Shown here piece after piece: positions 13,800-23,431 of a stretch of DNA of 64,000 nucleotides. The stretch is from the NCBI GenBank assembly GCA_964036045.1, contig OZ038379.1:21700001-21764000 (forward strand), in the 5' to 3' direction. A program made the position numbers and the translations under genes. This DNA comes from Eutreptiella sp. 'Long Island Sound 2002' (lineage: Eukaryota; Protista; Euglenida). Numbering within the stretch: position 1 is the stretch's first letter; each line of letters starts with the position of its first letter. Under the pieces are notes generated by a model that saw nothing but the letters and a program-made list of their open reading frames with translations, was not told where the DNA came from and did not search any database.

Positions 13800-14260
13800 A
13801 GGGTTGGACCCAACCATCATGCACTATAACCTGCAAAGATTGTGGTTCCAGCAACTGATGGTTAACGCAGCAGTGGAGCTGCCGGATTGCGCAAAAGAAA
13901 AGCAGAACCCAAAAATAAAGAGTGGAGTACTGCAGTACTGGGGTTTGAATGTGAGTCACATTGCACCAAATAAACTGAGTGTCATGAGAGTGACACATCT
14001 CACTGGCCAGTGGCAAAACAAATAAGCTTTGAAGTCAGCCGCATGCGTGACCGCTGCATTGGGAACCCTAAAAGAAAACCCCTGGGAACAGCTGCATCGA
14101 CTCCTCCTGTACCACGCCCTGAGCACAAGAATGGTCGTGAGTCGGAGGATCACAGTGAGTCCAGAGACTGGAGTCCTGCTCATGCATAAAATATTGGGCA
14201 TGGAGAGGAACTTCACTGCAAACAGAGAGCAGGCTGAGGGGCACACTGCCCAACATCAGT
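13800..14260 (+). mobile_element. Degenerate LINE ORF2 C-terminal (zf-RVT-like) fragment
   Basis: WEQLHRLLLYHALSTRMVVSRRITVSP resembles the W..LH..L.T...+.RR motif of zf-RVT; interrupted by stops. Confidence 0.35.
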
Positions 14261-14687
14261 GAAAATTGACTACCATTGGGAACAAACAGAAATTAGGAAA
14301 ACAATCTCCTGAGGGGGGCCCAACCCCAACATCAATGTTGTGTGAAGAACCAAAGCACACTGGGTGCAGTCCTAGGACAAAGAAAACATGTGTGCTATGT
14401 ATGAAGAACATGCCACGAGGGCACACAATTTCAACTCTCTGCCTTCTCTTGCCGTGGAGGCCACCAAAAACTGTAGCTCGCTGCACCCACATCCTGTGGC
14501 TGATTCGGGGAAACCGGGTACCCGAAATGGGGGGTATTTTTTTTAACTCAAAATCGATGTCCCCCAAGTGTCCGTGGAGCATGCCCGTAATAGTTCATTC
14601 ACTGTTGACACGCCTGCCTCAATGTGGGCTACATGTAGGGGATGGCAAAAAGGCTGTGTGTTCTGGGAGAAACCCGCAATAGACATG

Positions 14688-15055
14688 AATACCAAACAAA
14701 TGCGTTGGGGTGTCATGGGGCCTGATGGGTAGGGACTGAGGGGGGGGTGAGGATTGGTGAATGCAAAAAGAGGGTCCACTGTCATGTCTCCCAAGGCTAT
14801 GTATTCTGGGAGTCCCCCCTTTAGGCAACATGAACACCAAACCAATGGGTTGGGGTGTCATGGGGGCTGATGGGTGGGGACTGAGGGTAGGTTGAGGATT
14901 GGTTGGGGGATGGTGATGGTGAATGCAAACAGAGGGTCCAGTGTCATGTCTCCCAAGGCTATGTATTCTGGGAGTCCCCCCTTTAGGAGACTTGAACACC
15001 GAACAAATGGGCTGGGGTGTCATGGGGGCTAATGGGTAGGGACTGAGGGGTGTGT
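14688..15055. repeat. About 150-160-bp tandem repeat, about 2.4 copies
   Basis: TTGGGGTGTCATGGGG occurs three times; GTCATGTCTCCCAAGGCTATGTATTCTGGGAGTCCCCC occurs twice. Confidence 0.85.
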
Positions 15056-15349
15056 GAGTACTATGGTCTGAAAGGGAATGTGCACTTGCTGGTGTTGCCC
15101 TCCCTTTGAGCTAGGCTGCTGCCCAGTATGTTGTCACAGTCACTTGAGAAGGGCTTGATGAGCACTGGTGGTCTCAAGTCGATTAGTGTAGCTTGATTGA
15201 CTTCAGCAAAAAAAATTGTACTTGTAAAAACGCTTGATGCAGACATGTGACAACAACATGTTGAGATGCAAAATAGAAGATGGCGAGGCATCCCCCATCT
15301 CGCACTTCTGTGGATGACCGCAACACGTGAAGCTGCCAGTAAGCCTGCA

Positions 15350-15853
15350 AGCCGCTGGCATGACGTCGTCCATGGTAGACATGACCACGGGCTCAATAGC
15401 ACTGTCCAACTCGGGACTGGCGATTTGAAGTGCAACCTGCACAGGGTGCAGACCAAGGAAGACCCCTTCCACTCATCAGTTGTCTGGAAAACAAGAGGCA
15501 GGGCCACCATGTAAGGGCGGTTCAGGCCAAACTCTCGACGGCCTTGGGGTGGTCCTGACGGGCGGAGCCTCCAATCAAGCGAAACCAGTCAACGAAACAA
15601 CTCCATCCACCAGGCACTGTCCTGCGGAGAAGAAGTACTTGTTGAAGTCGAGACCGCCAGCGAACACGGGAATCACCTCGCAACCACGGCTCTCGAACTC
15701 CTGGACAACGGACACGTACTGAGCATCGTCCTTGGACACCAAGTGGGATCGCTGCAACACCAAACCAATGATAGGACCATCCTTCGCCAGCTCAGGGCGA
15801 GAGTTATTCCACTTGTTGTAAGCGCGTCGGTGAACATGTTTGGCGCCAGAGGG
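15350..15853 (-). pseudogene. chlH: chlH pseudogene, piece D (downstream of the insert)
   Basis: PLAPNMFTD / YNKWNNSRPELAKDGPIIGLVLQRSHL...VIPVFAGGLDF...VDGVVSLTGFA / RQDHPKAVESL / YMVALPLVFQTTDEW / LGLHPVQVALQIASPELDSAIEP; at least 4 frameshifts. Confidence 0.9.
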
Positions 15854-16699
15854 CAAAAATCTAGCGTTGATCTATTGCCGTAGCAATCTGCCGTAGGGCC
15901 ACGAGGAAAATCCTTTCCTCTCGCAATAGGGCCCCGAGTGGACCGGCATCTGTTTTGTTTTGCATGCTTTGCACCGTGGAAGGGACCGTAAACTGTAGTT
16001 TCCGTAGAAACTGAAGTTTAATACATTCCCTGGAGCTGCTGTTGACTGTGCTTTTATGGAGCATGCATATGACCCCTTTTCACGCTTAGTCAATTTTCAT
16101 AAGCGAAATGGAGGGTCCCACCCAACCTCCCTTCGGACAGTGTCTATCCCTTGAGATGAGGGACTTTGAACTCGACCAGCGGCGCTACGAAGAGTGCTGC
16201 GGGGCCCCAAGTGGACTGGCATGTGTTTTGTTATGCATTCTTTGCACTGTGGAAGGGAGCGTAAACAAGCCCGTGAGGTCACCTTCAATTATAGTACTTG
16301 GACGTGATATAGCACTTGGAGAGGATGCTGGATTGGCTCCCTCGGCCTTGATCATGATACCGAGGTCCAACATCAGCAATGCTTGCTTGAGGTCACCATG
16401 ATGGGGGGAAAACAACATGGATACATCACCTCTGCCGTCTTGAGGTCCCATGGTGGGGAGAAATCAGCCTAGGAAAGAGTGGATGTGGCGGAATTGAGCA
16501 AAAAAGTGTGAAAAGGGGTGGAAATGGGTGAAGCTAGGTGAGAATCCAAAAATGCCATATCCCCAATGTAGAAGAAGTATCAAAACCTACCCTCAAACAA
16601 CAGTGATGCCCCCCTAGTATCACAAAGTATGGGTCTCTAGTATGGCCACGCACCCAAATAGTTGCACTGCGCATGCACTGCGCTAAGTGCGCCCCCCAT

Positions 16700-16940
16700 A
16701 TATAGTGGGCTTGTTGGCAGTGCAAAGTGCCCCATGCCCATATATAGGGGGCTGTTTGGCAGTGCAAATTGCTCCATAGGGGGCTTTTTGGCTGCACAGA
16801 GTGTCCCCGTGCCCATATATAGGCAGTGCAAAGTGTCCCCACGCCCATATATAGGTCTTTTTGGCAGTGCAAAGTGTCCCCATGCCCATATGTAGGGGGC
16901 TTTTTGGCAGTCCAAAGTGTCCACTACCAAAAAGACCTGG
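16700..16940. repeat. About 42-bp minisatellite, about 6 copies
   Basis: TTGGCAGTGCAAAGTG(T/C)CCCATGCCCATATATAGG units. Confidence 0.85.
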
Positions 16941-18115
16941 GCATACACTGCCAAAAAGACATGTGGGCCTTGTGCAATTTTCTTGGGCCTACAGGATTTG
17001 GGCTTGGAGCCTGCGTGGTGGATCTATATCTTGAAGTCCATAAGTACTCATGGACCCATACCTTATGGGCGTATAGTAGATGGTCACAACTACGTTTTTC
17101 CCCAGGTGTCTCCCTCTACCATGCATAGAGAGCAGAGATGTTGAACAAAACGGCGCCATTTGGGTCATTTTTGTCCCCACGGGCTACTGCGAGAACCTTG
17201 GGGCACTCATGCCTTCATTGTTTCCCCTTGCCGCCAATCCTCCATGCTGTGCACTTGTGTGTGCGATGAGACGGTGTGCTAATCGGGGTCCGGGGGAGGG
17301 GGGTCGAGCTGACCTGGATGATATGGAGTGAGATACGAGTGAGATTTGCAACCCAAGCCAGCCTATGAAACATTCGACAGCCCATGTGGGTGAACTCAAG
17401 GCAATATTCAGCACTGGTTTGGACAATGATGAGCGATGACCTATGGCCTGTGTCACGGGGGTCGTAGCTCAGTATCTGTTGCTTCACAGCCCCGCCCCTG
17501 CGCAACCATGGGCTTGTCCAACCACAGGGATCTCGTCGGACCGCATTTTTCTGAACCTGTGTTTTGGCGGACAAGAGAAACAAGAATTCAATGGCGCAAA
17601 GGAACTCCGCAATTTATAAACAGAATATTGAGCATCACAACTGGCACGATGTTACATTCAAGAGACGGTGATGAAAATGTGCTTGGTGTGTGTGTTGTGT
17701 GCGCCATTCAGGCACATGTTGCCGGGGCATGGACTGATGGGCTTGTTCAACCACGGAGACCCCATCGGCCTGGTGCTTTGCCCGTGATTGTGCAAAGGGG
17801 GGAGGGGTGCATTTGGTGGTTCAGTGGGTGGGTGCTTGGCTGAACCGTCCCCCCCCCCCCTCCCACATGTAGTGCCTTCTGTGAGGGCCCCAAAGTGGAC
17901 TGGTGCGTCCTAGATTCCAACCTGTCACTAAGAAAACACATGGCGTTCAGCCGTTGTGTGCCCTGTTTGATGTATAACTGGGCTGCGCATCAGAGGTCGA
18001 TGGGAGCACAATTGATAATGAAACTGCGGTAGTATCTGGGCTGCACCCCATTATGCCCCCATCCTCAATCACTCCCTCACACTGTCCCCTCATTTTGTTT
18101 CTATGCAGGTGTAAC

Positions 18116-20146
18116 ATGGTTCCTCAATTGCCTTTGGAAGTGTGGGATGTCATTGCCGACCTTGTTCACTCAGATGTACTGAGTCAAGTTTGTCAAAAGC
18201 TAAGGAAACTGCTTGGGACTCATCGTTATGTGAAGTTGAGGTGCACTGGAGAGAATTTGCAGCGAGTACTGGGACTCATTGGGAATCTACGCTCTCTGCA
18301 GCTCGATCTTGGTGGAAATTCCGTGGGAGAGAGTGGGGCACAGGCGCTTGCAGCGCTGAAGGATGCCCCCTCACTGCATACCCTGTCCCTCGATCTTGGG
18401 GAGAATTCCGTGGGAGACAGTGGGGCACAGGCGCTTGCAGCGCTAAAGGATGCCCCCTCACTGCATACCCTGTCCCTCAATCTGAGGTGGAATTCTGTGG
18501 GAGAGAGTGGGGCACAGGCGCTTGCAGCGCTGAAGGATGCCGCCGCACTGCATACCCTGTCCCTCAATCTGAGGTGGAATTCTGTGGGAGAGAGTGGGGC
18601 ACAGGCGCTTGTAGCGCTGAAGGATGCCCCCTCACTGCACACCCTGTCCCTCATTCTTCGGTGGAATTCTGTGGGAGAGAGTGGGGCACAGGCGCTTGCA
18701 GCGCTGAAGGATGCCCCCTCACTGCATACCCTGTTCCTCGGTCTTGGGCGGAATTCCCTGGGAGACGGTGGGGCACAGGCGCTTGCCGCGCTGAAGGATG
18801 CTGCCTCACTGCATACCCTGTCCCTCGATCTTTGTGGAAATTCCGTGGGAGAGAGTGGGGCACAGGCGCTTGCAGCGCTGAAGGATGCCGCCTCACTGCA
18901 TACCCTGTTCCTCGATCTTGGGTGGAATTCCGTGGGAGGCAATGGGGGACAGGCGCTTGCAGCGCTGAAGGATGCCCCCTCACTGCAGACCCTGTCCCTC
19001 GATCTTTGTGGAAATTCCGTGGGAGACAGTGGGGCACAGGCGCTTGCAGCGCTGAAGGATGCCGCCTCACTGCATTCCCTGTCCCTCAATCTTGCTGGAA
19101 ATTCCGTGGGAGGCATTGGGGCACAGGTGCTTGCAGCGCTGAAGGATGCCGCCTCACTGCATACCCTGTCCCTCGAGCTTGGGCAGAATTCCGTGGGAGA
19201 CAGTGGGGCACAGGCGCTTGCAGCGCTGAAGGATGCCGCCTCACTGCATACCCTGTTCCTCGGTCTTGGGTGGAATTCCGTGGGAGGCAATGGGGGACAG
19301 GCGCTTGCAACGCTGAAGGATGCCCCCTCACTGCATACCCTGTCCCTCGATCTTCGTGGAAATTCTGTGGGAGAGAGTGGGGCACAGGCGCTTGCAGCGC
19401 TGAAGGATGCCCCCTCACTGCATACCCTGTCCCTCGATCTTTTTGGAAATTCCGTGGGAGGCATTGGGGCACAGGCGCTTGCAGCGCTGAAGGATGCCCC
19501 CTCACTGCATAGCCTGTCCCTCGATCTTTTTCAAAATTCCGTGGGAGGCATTGGGGCACAGGTGCTTGCAGCGCTGAAGGATGCCGCCTCACTGCATACC
19601 CTGTCCCTCGAGCTTGGGCAGAATTCCGTGGGAGACAGTGGGGCACAGGCGCTTGCAGCGCTGAAGGATGCCGCCTCACTGCATACCCTGTCCCTCGAGC
19701 TTGGGCAGAATTCCGTGGGAGACAGTGGGGCACAGGCGCTTGCAGCGCTGAAGGATGCCCCCTCACTGCATACCCTGTCCCTCGATCTTCGTGGAAATTC
19801 TGTGGGAGAGAGTGGGGCACAGGCGCTTGCAGCGCTGAAGGATGCCCCCTCACTGCCTTCCCTGTCCCTCAATCCTGCTGGAAATTCTGTGGGAGGCATT
19901 GGGGCACAGGCGCTTGCAGCGCTGAAGGATGCCCCCTCACTGCATAGCCTGTCCCTCGATCTTTTTGGAAATTCCGTGGGAGAGAGTGGGGCACAGGCGC
20001 TTGCAGCGCTGAAGGATGCCGCCTCACTGCATACCCTGTCCCTCAATCTTGCTGGAAATTCTGTGGGAGAGAGTGGGGCACAGGCGCTTGCAGCGCTGAA
20101 GGATGCCCCCTCACTGCATACCCTCGTCCTTACTCTTGACGATTGA
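18116..20146 (+). CDS. Intronless F-box-like / RI-type leucine-rich-repeat protein, 676 aa, 21 x 29-aa LRRs
   Basis: Acceptor TTTCTATGCAG at 18108 and ATG at 18116. N-terminus LPLEVWDVIADLV...LSQVCQKLRKLL is F-box-like. The 87-bp repeats at 18287-20113 match LxxLxLxLxxNxVGxxGAxALA. Confidence 0.85.
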   Translation: MVPQLPLEVWDVIADLVHSDVLSQVCQKLRKLLGTHRYVKLRCTGENLQRVLGLIGNLRSLQLDLGGNSVGESGAQALAALKDAPSLHTLSLDLGENSVGDSGAQALAALKDAPSLHTLSLNLRWNSVGESGAQALAALKDAAALHTLSLNLRWNSVGESGAQALVALKDAPSLHTLSLILRWNSVGESGAQALAALKDAPSLHTLFLGLGRNSLGDGGAQALAALKDAASLHTLSLDLCGNSVGESGAQALAALKDAASLHTLFLDLGWNSVGGNGGQALAALKDAPSLQTLSLDLCGNSVGDSGAQALAALKDAASLHSLSLNLAGNSVGGIGAQVLAALKDAASLHTLSLELGQNSVGDSGAQALAALKDAASLHTLFLGLGWNSVGGNGGQALATLKDAPSLHTLSLDLRGNSVGESGAQALAALKDAPSLHTLSLDLFGNSVGGIGAQALAALKDAPSLHSLSLDLFQNSVGGIGAQVLAALKDAASLHTLSLELGQNSVGDSGAQALAALKDAASLHTLSLELGQNSVGDSGAQALAALKDAPSLHTLSLDLRGNSVGESGAQALAALKDAPSLPSLSLNPAGNSVGGIGAQALAALKDAPSLHSLSLDLFGNSVGESGAQALAALKDAASLHTLSLNLAGNSVGESGAQALAALKDAPSLHTLVLTLDD

Positions 20147-20214
20147 ACGCGAGAGACTGGGGCACAGGCGCTTGCAGCACTCATGGACAGCAATGCAATT
20201 GCTCCATGCTGATT

Positions 20215-20635
20215 GGTGCCAGATGCCCAGGGCAGGGTACACGTACCGATCGGTCAGAATGACAAGAAGTTCTGAAGGTTGTCGGAAGAACCACCCAACC
20301 AGTACTGGAAGGACAACACGAAGTTCCTAGTGCCTTGTTGTTTGGCATGTCCTTCAAGAGCTTTGGCAGAGTCCGCACAGTCTTGAGCATGGCAACTTGG
20401 AAGGATGCACCCTGCTCTTCCTTCTTCTTCGTGAAGTCGCTGTTCGCGCTCTTGCTCTGAACCAGATTGCTTGTTGAGGCGCACGACTTCTGGCAGGGAC
20501 GGGAACACATGCGCAACGTCCAACTGGTCACGGACAGGCTCAACAGCCTCAACGACCTTCTGCGCAAGGTCTCCCTGAAAGAACACCCAAAAAAATGTTG
20601 GCCTCTGCGCAGTCCTGCTTGAATGACCTTCACTG
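20215..20635 (-). pseudogene. chlH: chlH pseudogene, piece C
   Basis: FKQDCAEANIFLG / DLAQKVVEAVEPVRDQLDVAHVFPSLPEVVRLNK / QSKSANSDFTKKKEEQGASFQVAMLKTVRTLPK / RNFVLSFQYWLGGSSDNLQNF / TDRYVYPALGIWH; several deletions and frameshifts. Confidence 0.9.
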
Positions 20636-21798
20636 CCTGCCGAGTACCAACAACACAACAACCTATACCGAATGAAGGCTCCCGCACTTCCGTGAATTTT
20701 TTAACTTTTCCCAGTGCTGCATCACCAGTCAACGCATCTTCGAAAAGTCATCTTTCATTTCCAACCGTTGTTGTTTCCTTGTGGTTGTTCACACTCCTTG
20801 TCTCACTCGTTGATGAACCGTTAACGATTTTTTTCTTCTGTTCCTTGCAACATCCCTGTTCTTGCTGAGCTGAGAAAATATTACTTTGTTGCGACAAAAT
20901 TCTGTTGAGTTGGAAACTTTTTTGCGTTGCGGCACAACCAAGGAAATTTTTCTCGTTGTTTGGTCCGAGGCACCTGGTGAGAAATGGCAGTGAGACAGTG
21001 AGACAGGACCCTGCTTTTGGGGCAACCACACCCTGGTTTGCCCGGGACGTTAAGGTGACGTGAGAAAGTTGGTTGTGGGGGTTTTTGGGAAGATTTCCTA
21101 CCCACAAGCAAATGCATGTGACATGCAGCAGCCCTCGGCAAACGTGATTTTCTTTTTGCCACGCACGACCTACACCAAGTGCCACCTGCGCGCCACCAAG
21201 GACGCCACGGCCAAGGGATCGACTTGACTTTACAACACGACGTTTGGAAGCACTAGTTGGGAATAAATCAAACGAAAATTATCCTTTTCTCGTGTTTTGG
21301 CAACACAGGAAAAAGCTGCTCCACCACGCCAACAATGTGAACGGCGAGTGAAACTTTGACTTAAAAAAATCTTACATTTTTTGTGGCTGCAAACATCTTC
21401 TTCTATGACATCACGCCTGCTTTTGTGACATTATTTACGTGCAATCGTCATTCGCATCCGAGACACTCTGTAACAGACACACGGAACACACGGAACAGAC
21501 ATTTTCAGGCCGCTGGCAAACACCTGAACACTCCAAAACGCCATCCCATACGACTGCGGCTCGTTTACGGCAGAGAGCGCGGCGGAGGCCCGCCCATAAA
21601 ACACAAAAAAGCACACTGCACTTCGCACCGGTGGTTTGATAATTTATCGTGCTATGTCATCAACACAAACAGACACTTGAAATAGAGAACTAGTTGCGCC
21701 GTGCAGGACCGTGGTGCGGCAATCTGTCTCTAACCTGCAGGCTGTTGTTGCCTGCTGTTTCTTCGTCGCTCTCTCGTAGTTGACAGGTCGCGCAGAAA

Positions 21799-21917
21799 TA
21801 TGCGCAAAGATCGAAGCACACCTCGGCGTTCTCAGCCACCGTTATGATCTTGCGGCCTGCGGCTTCGGGCACGATACGACGAATCGAAGACTCGACCTTC
21901 GCGTAGGTACCACCCAC
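21799..21917 (-). pseudogene. chlH: chlH pseudogene, piece B (mature N-terminus)
   Basis: TYAKVESSIRRIVPEAAGRKIITV and ENAEVCFDLCAY resemble the ChlH N-terminal RRIVP and NVCFE..GY segments; the intervening VYVVLE segment is missing. Confidence 0.55.
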
Positions 21918-22270
21918 CTGGTGAAATGAAAGAACAGGTCCAGTTTCTGCTGCGACAGAGGCCACCAGGATTCGCCCAGGCCCAAGTCGTCAGGGATGGA
22001 TTGACCATATTCTTGCGGCGAAACCATCAGTGCTGGCCTACAGACCTAGCAAGCTCCGGCGACGACGTTGAGCACAGATTTGTACCAGGGCGAGAGTTTC
22101 CGAACACAACACAGTGCAACTACAGGCGCTTACGGCATTGCGTCACGACGATGGTGGCGACAAGAAGAAGCTGTGCTGTGCTGTGCTGTGCTGCCCTAAC
22201 CCCACTTAAACCCAAGTCACAACAGGAGCACGAGTGGCGTAGCAACACTGAAGTAGCACGTTTTTTTTTA

Positions 22271-22480
22271 CCTTCTTAGCAGAACGAGCACCACCGCCAG
22301 AGGCAGCACCCAGAGCAGAGGCCACAGCCAGAAGCATGGCGGAGAAGGAGGCCACCAAAAGTCCACCACCGCCACCCTCCGGATCTTCCGCCTCACAACC
22401 TTTGTGCGCCTGGCCTTCACCACTGCCTTGAAGTCCAGCACCGCCGTCAGCAGCCCCACCAGAAGCCCCGTGTGCAGCGC
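22271..22480 (-). pseudogene. Possible plastid-targeting presequence exon of the chlH copy
   Basis: Gly/Ala-rich stretch, hydrophobic LLVASFSAMLLAVASALG, then RSAKK ending at AAG|GTAAAA. It joins piece B in phase at TTTCACCAG|GTG. Plausible splice signals also exist on the + strand. Confidence 0.35.
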
Positions 22481-22847
22481 CAGCCCCACTGGTGGACGTC
22501 ACGGAGCATTCCCAAAGGCTTGGCGCCGTTGGGCGAAGAAGAAAGCAGGTTAGTATTTCGGCGCAACCCCATTTTTGCAAAAAAAAATTTCAGATAGCCA
22601 ACTGCCGACGCAAACACAAAAGACACAGGGAACGAAAGCAAGGAAAGCTTGATTCAAGCTTTTGGTCAGCACAAAAAAGTCAATGTGAACCCACCATAAA
22701 GTTAACCCGCCCAGTTGCCCAGACACCCAGTGAAGTGTCAACAAATATATAAAAAAGTGTCGACAAGTGCCTGCCCCAAGTCAGACAGCAAAAGCACAAA
22801 GGCAGAAGAAAGCACTCAGCAGCCTACAATGCGACTGCCAAACATGC

Positions 22848-22975
22848 CCAAGGTCAAGGGTAAAGGTCAATGGCCAGGCCAAGGTCAAGGGTAAAGGTCA
22901 ACGGCCAGGCCAAGGTCAAGGGTAAAGGTCAACGGCCAGGCCAAGGTCAAGGGCAAAGGTCAACGGCCAAGCCAA
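22848..22975. repeat. 31-bp tandem repeat x4
   Basis: CCAAGGTCAAGGGTAAAGGTCAA(T/C)GGCCAGG, nearly perfect; directly 3' of the PPPDE stop. Confidence 0.9.
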
Positions 22976-22990
22976 AAGTGAGGCTGGACC

Positions 22991-23431
22991 TCACAACACA
23001 CTTCTCAAGGACGAACCCCCGTTGTCCCACGTGGCAACACCACAGGCCACGACACACTTGGGGGCCAAGGGGGCAGCCCACCGCCCAGCCCGGTTGACCC
23101 AGTAGGGGGGCACACTGACCCCCAAAAATTTTGCCAACTGCTTGCAAAAGCAGTTGCAGTTGTGGGAAAGGGGGTGGTAGTGTGTGGGTCCCCAGTGTGT
23201 GTCCTGCATGTACTTTACTACGTTGTCTACCTCCCGGGGGGTGAGTTTTGTGTACCCTAGGTGCAGGACTGCTTTACAAGGCTCCTGTGAGCGCATTTGG
23301 GGGTTGGTTTCGTATACCCCCTCACCCCCCCCCATGAAGCTATAACCCTTCCCATACACCTCTAATTCTGAATGAAATGCGCCGAGGGCGCGGGGTCCGA
23401 ACCGGAAAACACGAAGAACAACCAACGGCAT
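22991..23431 (-). CDS. PPPDE / DeSI-family peptidase (desumoylating isopeptidase-like), single exon, 146 aa
   Basis: GAFHSELEVYG (catalytic His), YHPLSHNCNCFC (catalytic NCN Cys) and PYWVNR motifs; TTTTTCCAG acceptor about 55 nt upstream of the ATG. Confidence 0.8.
   Translation of the reverse strand: MPLVVLRVFRFGPRALGAFHSELEVYGKGYSFMGGGEGVYETNPQMRSQEPCKAVLHLGYTKLTPREVDNVVKYMQDTHWGPTHYHPLSHNCNCFCKQLAKFLGVSVPPYWVNRAGRWAAPLAPKCVVACGVATWDNGGSSLRSVL

Larger units (their letters stand above)
15854..20214. mobile_element. 4,361-bp insertion (or non-GT-AG intron) splitting chlH; carries the F-box/LRR ORF
   Basis: The chlH flanks rejoin as GGC ATC TGG CAC | CCT CTG GCG CCA (GIWH|PLAP) with a 2-bp CC ambiguity; the ends are imperfectly complementary. 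Confidence 0.75.

Noticed and set aside
15854-15900. Helitron interpretation of the insert (CTAG near the end, small ATTGC-TACG-GCAAT hairpin, TC near the start)
   Set aside because: CTAG is 7 nt inside the junction and is followed by A, not T; the chlH junction is not an AT site; the hairpin stem is only 5 bp.
18142-20193. Long alternative-frame and antisense ORFs over the LRR gene
   Set aside because: Shadows of the stop-poor 87-bp repeat.
22280-22548. Plus-strand Pro/Ala-rich exon with good splice signals
   Set aside because: The most natural frame has an internal TGA and no partner exons; the minus-strand reading fits chlH collinearity better. Unresolved.
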